Assembly (NCBI GenBank): GCA_965199975.1 | Contig: OZ241340.1 | Location: 515,939-539,938 of the forward strand | Direction: 5' to 3' | Origin: Caulobacteraceae bacterium | Lineage (GTDB): Bacteria > Pseudomonadota > Alphaproteobacteria > Caulobacterales > Caulobacteraceae | DNA: 24,000 bases | In this document: positions 6,808 to 16,392 of the stretch, piece after piece | Layout: each line of letters begins with the position of its first letter | Position numbering within the stretch: position 1 is the stretch's first letter | Notes under the pieces: generated by a model | Told to the model about the DNA's origin: nothing | Database searches by the model: none | The model's input: the letters and a program-made list of their open reading frames with translations, nothing else | Made by a program: the position numbers and the translations under genes

Positions 6808-8562
6808 TCACTCAGAGCGCAGGCGCTTGGCGCCCCAGGCGAACACCGGCTCCCAGAACAGCCGATTGAGCAGCACCACGTAGACCACCATGACCACCGT
6901 GCCCAACACCACGCGCGGCATGTCGGCCGAGGTGTTGGCGTTGGCGATGTAGGCGCCCAGGCCGTGCGCTTGGAGCTTGGTCGTGCCCCAGTTGGCGACC
7001 TCGGCCACCACCGAGGCGTTCCAGGAGCCGCCGACAGCGGTGATGGCCCCGGTGACGTAGGCGGGGAAGATGCCTGGCAGGATCACCTTGGCCCACCAGG
7101 CGAAGCCCTTGATGCGCAGGGAGGCCGCCGCCTCCAGGAGGTCGGCCGGGAAGGCCGAGGCGCCGGCCACCACGTTGAACAGGATGTACCATTGGGTGCC
7201 CAGGATCATCAGCGGCGAGAGCCAGACGTCGGGCGCGAGATGGAAGGTGACGATGGCCACCGCCGCCAGCGGGAAGAACAGGTTGGCCGGGAAGGCGGCC
7301 AGGAACTGCGCCACGGGCTGCACCGCCGCCGTCCACTTCGGGCGCAGGCCGACCCACACCCCGATCGGCACCCAGATCAGGCTGGCGATCAGCACCAGCA
7401 CCATGACGCGGATGAGGGTGAAGCCGCCCAGCGCCGCCACCCAGCCCACCTCGCGCCATTGCACTTCGGTGGCGATGAAGGCGATGGACTTCCACGCCGC
7501 CAGCGCCGCTAAGGCCGCGATGAGGCCGTACCAGGCCCAATCCACCCAGCGGCTGGAGAGCACCCTCCCCACCGGCGGCGTCACGCTCATCGGTCGCCCG
7601 AAGCGCACCGAGGCGAGCGAAGTCAGCACCGAGCCCGCCGGTTTCAGAACCCGGCGCGCCAGGGCGGCGCGGCGCATGAAGTCGAGCGCCCACGATCCGG
7701 TCTCCTCCCGTGTCCCGGGTCCGCCCGCGTCGGCGCGGAAGCGCTGCGACCAGGCGACGAGCGGTCGGAACAGCAGCTGGTCGTAGGCCAGGATGACCAC
7801 CAGCATGGCCAGGAGCGCCCAGCCGATGGCTCCCAGGTTCTTGTGCAGTATGGCCACGGCCACATACGAGCCGATGCCCGGCAGCTGGATGTGGATGGCG
7901 CCGACGTCGAAGGCCTCGCTCTGCACCACGAAAAACCAGGCGCCCGACATTGAGATCATCATGTTCCAGATCAGCTGGGGCGCGGCGAAGGGCGCCTCCA
8001 GCGTCCACAGCCTCCGCCAGGCGCCCAGGCGCAGGCTGTCGGAGAGCTCGACCAGGTCCTTCGGCAGGGTGCGGCACGAGTAGTAGAAGCTGAACACCAT
8101 GTTCCAGGCCTGGCTGGTGAACACCAGGAACACCGCGCCGAGCTCCGCCCCCAGCGTGCGGCCGGGGAAGAGGCCGAGGAAGAAGGCCAGCGTCAGCGCC
8201 TGGAAGGCCAGCACCGGCACGCTCTGCATCACGTCGACCAGCGGAATGATCACCATCTCAGCGCGCCGACTCTTGGCCGCCCAGTAGCCGAGCACGAAGG
8301 TGGCGATCAGTGACAGCGCCATGGCCGCGAACATCCGCAGCGTGGTGCGCAGCGCGTACTCGGGCAGGAAGCGCGGATCGAGGCTGATCTGCGGTCCGGC
8401 GGCGGGCAGCGCGGTGAGCGTCTGGCGCCCGCCCAGCGCGATAAGGGTGAAGACGCCGATGACCAGCAAAAAGACCGCCGCGTCCGCCGCCGAGAGCCGC
8501 GCGCGGGGCGCCCGCCAAGCCGACGGCAGGCGCATGGCGAAGGCGGGCGTCTGCAGCGGCAT
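6808..8562 (-). CDS. ABC transporter permease, duplicated (two fused transmembrane modules)
   Basis: Frame of ORF 6808-9768, but the upstream part is a stop-free run through the helicase 3' end. The start is taken at ATG 8562 (MPLQTPAFAMRLPS…), preceded by GGGAGGG. The 584-aa protein has two NitT/TauT-type permease modules. Its stop lies 6 nt before the ATPase start. Confidence 0.88.
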   Translation of the reverse strand: MPLQTPAFAMRLPSAWRAPRARLSAADAAVFLLVIGVFTLIALGGRQTLTALPAAGPQISLDPRFLPEYALRTTLRMFAAMALSLIATFVLGYWAAKSRRAEMVIIPLVDVMQSVPVLAFQALTLAFFLGLFPGRTLGAELGAVFLVFTSQAWNMVFSFYYSCRTLPKDLVELSDSLRLGAWRRLWTLEAPFAAPQLIWNMMISMSGAWFFVVQSEAFDVGAIHIQLPGIGSYVAVAILHKNLGAIGWALLAMLVVILAYDQLLFRPLVAWSQRFRADAGGPGTREETGSWALDFMRRAALARRVLKPAGSVLTSLASVRFGRPMSVTPPVGRVLSSRWVDWAWYGLIAALAALAAWKSIAFIATEVQWREVGWVAALGGFTLIRVMVLVLIASLIWVPIGVWVGLRPKWTAAVQPVAQFLAAFPANLFFPLAAVAIVTFHLAPDVWLSPLMILGTQWYILFNVVAGASAFPADLLEAAASLRIKGFAWWAKVILPGIFPAYVTGAITAVGGSWNASVVAEVANWGTTKLQAHGLGAYIANANTSADMPRVVLGTVVMVVYVVLLNRLFWEPVFAWGAKRLRSE

Positions 8563-8624
8563 GAGCCCTCCCTGATCGTCGCTATGCGGGCGCGAGGCCG
8601 CGGCTATGGTGCGTCCTCGGCCCC

Positions 8625-11486
8625 TTACGCGGGGTGCGCGGGAGCGGCAAGCGAGCCCGGCCCCACGAAAGCCGCCACCTGCTCGATCGCCTCCACGAGC
8701 CCCACGCGCTGCACGTCCACCCCTTCCGGCAGGCCGCTGAACAGGCGGGTGGGGGCGGCCGCGTCGAGCATGACGAAGACGCCCCTGTCGTCGGCGCGGC
8801 GGATCAGGCGGCCGAAGGCCTGGGCGATGCGGGCGCGGGCCAGGGCGTCGTCGTAGGCGCGGCCGCCGAAGCGTTCGCGCCGGGCCTTGTGCAGGAGGTC
8901 GGGGCGCGGCCAGGGCACGCGGTCGAAGCACAGCAGCCGCAGCGAACGGCCCGGCACGTCCACCCCGTCGCGGATGGCGTCGGTGCCGAGGAGGCAGCTG
9001 TCCTCCTCGGCGCGGAACACGTCCACCAGCGCGCCGGCCTCCAGCGGGTCCACGTGCTGGGCGTAGAGCGGCAGCCCCGCCTCGCCCAGCGGCGCGGCGA
9101 TCCGGTCGTAGACGAGGCGCAGCCTGCGGATGGCGGTGAACAGGCCCACCGCGCCGCCGCCCGCGGCCAGGAACAGCTCGCGCATGGCGGCGGCGACCTG
9201 GCGCGGGTCGTCCTTGCCCACGTCGGTGACCACCAGCGCGCGGGCGTGGGCGGCGTAGTCGAACGGCGAGGCCAGCCGCAGCAGCTTGGGCGCGTCGGCC
9301 AGGCGCGCGGCGCCGGTGCGCATCTCGGCCAGGGCGAAGGGGCTGTCGTGGCCGGGGTCGGACAGGGTGGCGGAGGTGACCAGCACCCCGTGCGCGGGCT
9401 TGAGCACGGTCTCGGCCAGGGGCTCGGTGGGGTCGACGAAGTGGCGGCGGTAGGCGGCGTCGGCGGTGCGGTTGAAGGCCCACACGCTCTCGAACCAGTC
9501 GACGAAGTGCGGATCGTCCGCACCCTGATCGAGCTGGCGCAGCATGCCGCGCCAGGCGGGCAGCTGCACCCGCGCCCGCCGTTCCAGCCCACGCAGGGCG
9601 CCTTCGATGCGGGCGCGCGAGCCGGTGTCGAGGTCGTCCGCCTCCTCGTCGAGCAGGTCCTCCAGCGTCTTGGCCAGCTGCAGCAAGGGCGTTTCCAAGG
9701 CGGCCAGCGCCGAGGCGGCGGCGGACGCCGCTGCGGAGACGGCGTCGACGGGCGGACGGGCGGCGCACTCCTGGCCGCCCTCCGCCTGGCCCCGCGCGCC
9801 TTCGGCGCGGGCGCGCACCTGGTCGAGCACCGCCGCCAGGAACGCCTCCACCGGGCCGATCGGGCGCGGCGGCAGCATGTCGCCATCCATGTCGGGCGGG
9901 GGCGCGATGCGGCCGCTCCAGCCCTCGCCGGGGAGGGCTGCGGCGGCGCGGACGGCCGCGGCCAGCATGTCGCGCGCACCCTCGTGGTCAGCCAGCACCT
10001 CGGAGAGCCGCGTGTCGAGCCCCCGCCCGCGGCGGCGACCCTCGGGCCCGCGGATCCAGCGGCGCAGCTCGGCCGCCTCCTGGCCGGAGAGGCAGGCGGA
10101 AAAGGCGCTGTCGGCGGCGTCGAACAGGTGGTGGCCCTCGTCGAACACCAGGCGCTTCAGCCGCGCGGTCTCGCCGTCCTGGCGCCGCCGCCCCTGGTCG
10201 AAGGCGGCCTGGCTCAGCACGAGCGCGTGGTTGGCGATGACGAGGTCGGCGCGGCGCGAGGCGCGCACCGCCTTCTCCACGAAGCAGGTGCGGTAATGGG
10301 CGCAGCCGGCGTGCACGCACTCCCCGCGCCGGTCCATCAGGTTGGCGGGGCCGGCCTGGGCGAGCGACCCCACGGCGAACAGGGTGGGCAGCCAGGCGGG
10401 GAAGTCGCCGCCGGTCATGTCGCCGTCGCGGGTGGCGCGCAGCCAGCGGGCGACGAGGCCCACGCCCACCGCGTCCGCCCCGCCGGTGGCCGCGCCCGCG
10501 GCCAGATCCTGGTAGTTGAGGAGGCACGCGTAGTTCTCGCGCCCCTTGCGCACCACCGCCTTCTTGGCGTGCACCTCCGGGTCGGGGAAGACGCTGCGGC
10601 TCTCCCGCTCGATCTGGCGCTGCAGGGCGCGGGTGTAGGTCGAGACCCACACCGCCGGCCCGTTCTGCTCCGCCCACAGGCTGGCCGGGGCGAGATAGCC
10701 CAGCGTCTTGCCGACGCCCGTGCCCGCCTCGGCCAGCATCAGGCGCGGCTCACCCTCGCGCTCGCGTGGCGAGAAGGCGTGGGCGGCCTCGGCGGCGTAA
10801 TTCGCCTGCGCCGCGCGCGCCTCGTCCAGCCCCGAGCGGGCGAGGAGGTCGGCGAGCCGCGCCTGCGCCCCCTCGGGCGTCACGGCCTGCGAGCCCGGCT
10901 GCCCCTGCGGCGCCTCGTCCTCCCACTCCGGCAGGCGCGCCCACACGTCGAGGCCGTTGCCGCGCAGCCGCCCGTGCTCGCGGCTGGCCAGCGCCTCGCG
11001 CACCCGCGAGCCCCAGGCCCAGCCGGCGCGCTCCAGGTGCAGGGCGGCGGCCAGCGCCTCCTCGCGGGAGGGGAGGGGGCTTTCGGCCAGCTCGTCCAGC
11101 AGCAGGCGCGCCGCCTCGCGCAGGGCCGCCGCCTGCTCGGGTGCGGTGCGCGGCTCCGCCAGCCCCAGCGCCCGGGCGAGGCCCACGGGCGAGGGCGCGC
11201 ACGGCCGCGCGGGGCGGGCGAAGGCGTAGAGCTCCAGTGCGTCGAAGATGTCGGGCGAGCGCGGCGGCGCCGAGAGCCCCAGCCGCCGCGCGGTGAGGCT
11301 GGCGTGCGCCACTAGCGCCGGCTCGCGCTGCAAGGCGTGGCGGGCGGCGCCTGGGAGGAGGTCGCGCGCCGGCCCCTCGCCGTCGTCGATTGCGGCGCGG
11401 GGTCCGGGCAGCACCACGATCGCCGTCGGCAAGGCCACGGAGGGCGCGGCCGTCTCGGTCAGCGATGCGGCGTCGGGCGCGTCCAC
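8625..11486 (-). CDS. DinG/XPD(Rad3)-family ATP-dependent DNA helicase with a long N-terminal extension
   Basis: 953-aa ORF starting at GTG 11486. Walker A is AEAGTGVGKT and the DEAH-type box is FDEGHH. Four Cys lie between them (NYAC … GECVHAGCAHYRTC), as in the Fe-S domain of DinG/XPD helicases. Confidence 0.88.
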   Translation of the reverse strand: MDAPDAASLTETAAPSVALPTAIVVLPGPRAAIDDGEGPARDLLPGAARHALQREPALVAHASLTARRLGLSAPPRSPDIFDALELYAFARPARPCAPSPVGLARALGLAEPRTAPEQAAALREAARLLLDELAESPLPSREEALAAALHLERAGWAWGSRVREALASREHGRLRGNGLDVWARLPEWEDEAPQGQPGSQAVTPEGAQARLADLLARSGLDEARAAQANYAAEAAHAFSPREREGEPRLMLAEAGTGVGKTLGYLAPASLWAEQNGPAVWVSTYTRALQRQIERESRSVFPDPEVHAKKAVVRKGRENYACLLNYQDLAAGAATGGADAVGVGLVARWLRATRDGDMTGGDFPAWLPTLFAVGSLAQAGPANLMDRRGECVHAGCAHYRTCFVEKAVRASRRADLVIANHALVLSQAAFDQGRRRQDGETARLKRLVFDEGHHLFDAADSAFSACLSGQEAAELRRWIRGPEGRRRGRGLDTRLSEVLADHEGARDMLAAAVRAAAALPGEGWSGRIAPPPDMDGDMLPPRPIGPVEAFLAAVLDQVRARAEGARGQAEGGQECAARPPVDAVSAAASAAASALAALETPLLQLAKTLEDLLDEEADDLDTGSRARIEGALRGLERRARVQLPAWRGMLRQLDQGADDPHFVDWFESVWAFNRTADAAYRRHFVDPTEPLAETVLKPAHGVLVTSATLSDPGHDSPFALAEMRTGAARLADAPKLLRLASPFDYAAHARALVVTDVGKDDPRQVAAAMRELFLAAGGGAVGLFTAIRRLRLVYDRIAAPLGEAGLPLYAQHVDPLEAGALVDVFRAEEDSCLLGTDAIRDGVDVPGRSLRLLCFDRVPWPRPDLLHKARRERFGGRAYDDALARARIAQAFGRLIRRADDRGVFVMLDAAAPTRLFSGLPEGVDVQRVGLVEAIEQVAAFVGPGSLAAPAHPA

Positions 11487-11585
11487 CTGCGCAGGTTAGG
11501 CGCGTCGACGCGAAAACGGAACGGGAACGCGTTTCGCCAAGCCTGTCGCTGCCGAAGCGGCGCATGGCATGGCAGGAGGCCCCTT

Positions 11586-12245
11586 ATGATTTTGCACCTT
11601 TTGGCTGCGGCCGTCCTTTCTGCTTCTCCATCGATGTCCTGCTCAGCCGACGCGTCGCTCATGACATTGAATGTGCGCCGCTTTGATCAGATGCTCGGCT
11701 CTGGATGGCGCCCGCTCGGCGATAACCCCGGATGCGAGGCGGCGGCCGCGGACCTGATCGCAGCCTACCGAAAGCGGAACGCCAATGCGCTTGTCGAAGG
11801 GTCTCCCGCCGACATCCGCGGGCTGAATTGGCACGAGGCGCAGCTTCGCGCCGCCGCCGGGCAGACGCCGGAGGCGATCGCCCTGTTCCGGAGAAGTCGC
11901 CTTGATATCGATCCTGCGCGCCGGCTCTACGCAGACGCCACTCTCGCCTTTCTGAGCCGAAACCTTTCCGCCCTGCGAGACGTGCGCGAGCGGCTGACCG
12001 CATTGCCCAAGCCCGAGTGGTGGGACTCGGCCGTGCTGCAAGTTCCGCCGGAGCATCGGCCCGTCTGGCCGGAGCACCTGTCGGAAGTGGATGGATTCAT
12101 CGCCTGCTGGGACAAGCCCTACGCACAGGCCTACGCCTACGCCTGTCGGCCGAAACCTTCAGGGGCGGCCACCCCGCCACACACCGGGCAAGCCGGATCG
12201 GGGCCGACGCGCACGGTGCGGCTCTCGCCGGCGAGGCCGTCGTAG
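11586..12245 (+). CDS. Hypothetical secreted protein of atypical composition
   Basis: Frame of ORF 11337-12245. The start is taken at ATG 11586, preceded by AGGAGG (11574-11579) with a 6-nt spacer. The N-terminus MILHLLAAAVLSASPSMSCSADA is signal-peptide-like. Many codons end in A/T, unlike the neighbours. I recognise no family motif. The last ~36 codons run antisense through the moeB 3' end. Confidence 0.6.
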   Translation: MILHLLAAAVLSASPSMSCSADASLMTLNVRRFDQMLGSGWRPLGDNPGCEAAAADLIAAYRKRNANALVEGSPADIRGLNWHEAQLRAAAGQTPEAIALFRRSRLDIDPARRLYADATLAFLSRNLSALRDVRERLTALPKPEWWDSAVLQVPPEHRPVWPEHLSEVDGFIACWDKPYAQAYAYACRPKPSGAATPPHTGQAGSGPTRTVRLSPARPS

Positions 12246-12910
12246 ATCAGCAGACGTCCGGTCAGTGGCGCGCCTGCGCCGGTGACGAGCTTCACCGCCT
12301 CCAGCGCCATCATCGAGCCGATCACCCCGGCCAAGGCGCCCACCACGCCCACCGCGGCGCAGGTCTCGGCCTCGGGCGGGGTCTCCGGCACCAGGCAGCG
12401 GTAGCAGGGACGGCCGGTGAAGACGCCCACCTGCCCGGTCCAGCGGCCCAGCGCGCCGGTCACGAGCGGGACGCCCGCCGCCACACAGGCGGCGTTGACG
12501 GCGAAGCGGGTGGCGAAATCGTCAGTGCCGTCGAGCACGAGGTCCCAGCCGGCGATGACGGCGGCGGCCGTGTCCTGCGTCAGCGCCAGGGCGTGGGTCT
12601 CCACGTCCACCTGCGGATTGAGCGCGGTCAGCGCGCGGGCGGCGCGCTCCACCTTCGGCGCGCCCACGTCGGCGGTGATGTACACCACCTGGCGCTGCAG
12701 GTTGGAGAGCGAGACCACGTCTGGGTCCACAAGCCCCAGCGTCCCCATCCCCGCCGCCGCCAGGTACAGCGCCGCGGGCGCGCCGAGGCCTCCCGCGCCC
12801 ACCACCAGCACCCGCGCGCGCTTCAGCGCCTGCTGGCCGGGGCCGCCCACCTCGCGCAGCACGAGGTGGCGGGCGTAGCGCTCGACCTCGGAGTCGGAGA
12901 AGGCGGGCAT
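12137..12910 (-). CDS. moeB: MoeB/ThiF-family E1-like adenylyltransferase (molybdopterin-synthase adenylyltransferase-like)
   Basis: 257-aa ORF: ERYARHLVLREVGGPGQQAL, VLVVGAGGLGAPAALYLAAAG nucleotide loop, LQRQ, and CYRC … CPVC zinc motif. MoeB and ThiF cannot be distinguished by eye. Confidence 0.88.
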   Translation of the reverse strand: MPAFSDSEVERYARHLVLREVGGPGQQALKRARVLVVGAGGLGAPAALYLAAAGMGTLGLVDPDVVSLSNLQRQVVYITADVGAPKVERAARALTALNPQVDVETHALALTQDTAAAVIAGWDLVLDGTDDFATRFAVNAACVAAGVPLVTGALGRWTGQVGVFTGRPCYRCLVPETPPEAETCAAVGVVGALAGVIGSMMALEAVKLVTGAGAPLTGRLLIYDGLAGESRTVRVGPDPACPVCGGVAAPEGFGRQA

Positions 12911-12916
12911 GCGGGA

Positions 12917-13966
12917 CTAGAGGCGCAGCGCGACGGCCAAGCCGCCCGCCGCCAGGCCGAACGCCACCACGCCGGCCGTGATGGCGGCGAGCAGGCGCGG
13001 CGGGAAGGCGCGCGACACCATCGCCATCGAGGGCAGGCTGATGGGCGGCAGCGTCATCAGGAGCGCACCGGCCGGCCCGGCGCCGACGCCCAGCGCCAGC
13101 ATGGCCTGAATGATCGGCGCCTCTCCCGCCGTCGGGATGACGAACAGGGCGCCGGCGACGGCGAAGCCGACGATCCAGGGCAGGGTGTTCCCCACCTCCG
13201 GCCCGAGCACGGGGAAGAGCCACGCCCGCGCGGCGCCCAGCAGCAGGACCAGCACGACGTATTCCGGCACGAGGCGCACGGTCATGCCGGCGAGGATCAC
13301 GAGCCAGCGACGCAGGGGCGAGCCCATCGTTGCGGGCGCAGGCTCCTGCACCGCCGCCTCGGCCGCCGCGGCGTCGTCGGGTGAGGCCAGGCGGTCGGCC
13401 AGCACGCCCAGGCCCAGCACCATGGCCACGCCGAGCACCAGCCGCAGCGCCGCCCAGCGCCAGCCGAGCACGAAGCCGATGAACACCAGCGTCGCCGGGT
13501 TCAGCACGGAGTTGCCCAGCCAGAAGGCCACCGACGCTCCGGCCGACGCCTTCTGCCGCCGCAGGCCCGCCACGATGGGTGCGGCGCAGCAGGTGCACAT
13601 CATCCCTGGCAGGGCGAGCATGCCGCCCGCCACCGTCGTCCCGAAGCGCGCCGCTCCGAGCCGTCGCGCCACCCAGCCCGTCGGCAGGAGCGCCTGCACC
13701 CCCGATCCCAGCAGCAGGCCCAGCACCATCGCCTGCCAGATCGCCTTGCCATAGGCCGCCGCATAGCCCAGCGCCGCACCCCACGACGCCGCCGGCGGAT
13801 GCGCCGCCTTTCCCGTGAGGATGGAGCCGCCGATGGCGTGGGTATGCGCCGCGGTGAGCGCCTTGCCCCAGTAGGGCTGCCACTTCACGTAGGACAACCC
13901 GATCACCGCCACCGCGACGAACAGGATCCAAGCGGGCGGCGGGGCGATGCGGCGGGCGACGGCCAT
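12917..13966 (-). CDS. Predicted permease, COG0701 / ArsP-like (DUF318) family
   Basis: Frame of ORF 12917-14350. The start is taken at ATG 13966 ([27 protein letters not shown]…), just before the first TM helix. The 349-aa polytopic protein carries an intramembrane cysteine cluster [17 protein letters not shown]. Its stop lies 6 nt before the moeB start. Confidence 0.82.
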   Translation of the reverse strand: MAVARRIAPPPAWILFVAVAVIGLSYVKWQPYWGKALTAAHTHAIGGSILTGKAAHPPAASWGAALGYAAAYGKAIWQAMVLGLLLGSGVQALLPTGWVARRLGAARFGTTVAGGMLALPGMMCTCCAAPIVAGLRRQKASAGASVAFWLGNSVLNPATLVFIGFVLGWRWAALRLVLGVAMVLGLGVLADRLASPDDAAAAEAAVQEPAPATMGSPLRRWLVILAGMTVRLVPEYVVLVLLLGAARAWLFPVLGPEVGNTLPWIVGFAVAGALFVIPTAGEAPIIQAMLALGVGAGPAGALLMTLPPISLPSMAMVSRAFPPRLLAAITAGVVAFGLAAGGLAVALRL

Positions 13967-14057
13967 GAACCACGGCCTGCACGAGAAACCCGCGGCGCGG
14001 AAGGGCGCCTGGCCTCCGCGCTTGCGGCCTCGCGCCGACGCCGCCACATGGCCCGCC

Positions 14058-14614
<557 letters not shown>

Positions 14615-14618
<4 letters not shown>

Positions 14619-15088
14619 CCTACGGCTTCCGCCGCGTGACGCCGGCCGACCTGCCGATGGCGAACGGCTGGATCGCCATGCCCGAGGTCGCCCGCTGGTG
14701 GGATGCGCCGCTTGAGCTCGACGATCTCGCCGCCGCCGACCACCGGCTTTGGATCGTCGATCTCGACGGGCGACCGTTCGCCTTCCTCCAGGACTATGAC
14801 CCGCACGCGCAGCCGGGCCACCCGTTCGCCCACCTGCCGCCGGCGTCGCGCGGGATCGACCAGTTCATCGGCGAGCCGGAGATGCTCGGGCGCGGCCACG
14901 GCTCCGCCCTGATCGCCGCCTTCGCCGAACGGCTGTTCGCCGAAGGCGCGCCCGCCGTCGGCGCCGACCCGCACCCCGACAACGCCCGCGCGATCCGCGC
15001 CTATGTGAAGGCGGCCTTCACCGCTGACGCCGCTCCGCGCGAGACCCCCTGGGGCGCAGCCCTCCTCATGACCAGGCGTCGTCCATGA
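14615..15088 (+). CDS. GNAT-family N-acetyltransferase (AAC(6')-Ib / Acetyltransf_8-like) inserted between hslV and hslU
   Basis: Frame of ORF 13799-15088. The start is taken at GTG 14615, overlapping the hslV stop (GTGA). [30 protein letters not shown] … [20 protein letters not shown] contains the acetyl-CoA loop. 157 aa. The stop overlaps the hslU ATG (ATGA). Confidence 0.85.
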
Positions 15089-16392
15089 CCGAGCACACTC
15101 CTCGCGAGATCGTCTCCGAGCTAGACCGCTTCATCGTGGGCCACGCCGAGGCCAAGCGTGCGGTGGCCATCGCGCTGCGCAACCGCTGGCGCCGCCGCCG
15201 CCTGCCCGCCGACCTGCAGGACGAGGTGACGCCCAAGAACATCCTGATGATCGGCCCTACCGGCGTGGGCAAGACCGAGATCGCGCGGCGCCTCGCCAAG
15301 CTCGCGGGCGCGCCCTTCATCAAGGTGGAGGCCACCAAGTTCACGGAGGTGGGTTATGTCGGGCGCGACGTGGAGCAGATCATCCGCGACCTGGTGGAGG
15401 CCGCCCTCCTCATGGTGCGCGAGACCCGCCGCGCCGCCGTCCACGCCAAGGCCGAGGGCGCCGCCGAGGGCCGCATTCTTGATGCGCTCGTGGGCGCGAC
15501 CGCCGGCGCCGCCACCCGCGACAGCTTCAAGGCCAAGCTGCGCGCCGGTGAGCTGGACGACAAGGAGATCGAGCTGCAGCTGGCCGACGCCGGCGGCGCG
15601 CCGCTGATGGACATCCCCGGCCAGCCCGGCGGCTCCTTCGGCATGATCAACCTGTCGGACATGATGTCCAAGGCCATGGGCCAGACCCGCACCAAGACGC
15701 TGAAGACCACCGTACGCGCCGCCTGGGCGCCGCTGACCGCCGAGGAGGGCGACAAGCTGGTCGACCAGGACGCCCTGCAGCGCGAAGCCGTCGACCTGGC
15801 GCAGAACGACGGCATCGTGTTCATCGACGAGATCGACAAAGTGGCGGCTGCGCCTGAACGCCGCGGCGGCGATGTCAGCCGCGAGGGCGTGCAGCGCGAC
15901 CTCCTGCCGCTGATCGAGGGTACGACGGTGTCGACCAGGTATGGCGCGGTGAAGAGCGACCACGTGCTGTTCATCACCTCGGGCGCCTTCCACGTCTCCA
16001 AGCCGAGCGACCTCCTGCCCGAGTTGCAGGGGCGCCTGCCGATCCGCGTGGAGCTCAAGGCGCTGACCCGCGACGACCTGCGCCGCATCCTCACCGAGCC
16101 CGAGGCCAACCTCGTGCGCCAGCAGCAGGCGCTGATGCGCACCGAGGGGCTGGAGCTGGAGTTCACCCCCGATGCGATCGAGGCCCTGGCCGACGCGGCG
16201 GTGGAGGTGAACAGCCGCACTGAGAACATCGGCGCGCGCCGCCTGCAGACGGTGATGGAGAAAGTGGTGGAGGCGCTCAGCTTCTCCGCCGGCGAGACCA
16301 CCGAGATGCGCGTGACTGTCGATGGCGCCTATGTGCGCGAGCGGGTGGGGGCGCTGTCGCAGGACGCTGACCTGAGCCGGTTCATCCTGTGA
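15085..16392 (+). CDS. hslU: ATP-dependent protease HslVU, ATPase subunit
   Basis: 435-aa ORF with [21 protein letters not shown], Walker [16 protein letters not shown] and Walker [10 protein letters not shown]. Confidence 0.97.
   Translation: MTEHTPREIVSELDRFIVGHAEAKRAVAIALRNRWRRRRLPADLQDEVTPKNILMIGPTGVGKTEIARRLAKLAGAPFIKVEATKFTEVGYVGRDVEQIIRDLVEAALLMVRETRRAAVHAKAEGAAEGRILDALVGATAGAATRDSFKAKLRAGELDDKEIELQLADAGGAPLMDIPGQPGGSFGMINLSDMMSKAMGQTRTKTLKTTVRAAWAPLTAEEGDKLVDQDALQREAVDLAQNDGIVFIDEIDKVAAAPERRGGDVSREGVQRDLLPLIEGTTVSTRYGAVKSDHVLFITSGAFHVSKPSDLLPELQGRLPIRVELKALTRDDLRRILTEPEANLVRQQQALMRTEGLELEFTPDAIEALADAAVEVNSRTENIGARRLQTVMEKVVEALSFSAGETTEMRVTVDGAYVRERVGALSQDADLSRFIL

Noticed and set aside
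14021-14050. Possible sigma-32 heat-shock promoter (CTTG-N17-CGCCACAT) in the 91-bp divergent region upstream of hslV.
   Set aside because: Only the CTTG is convincing. The -10 part matches neither CCCCATNT nor the alphaproteobacterial CYTATNT well. It would also place the transcription start on top of the ATG.
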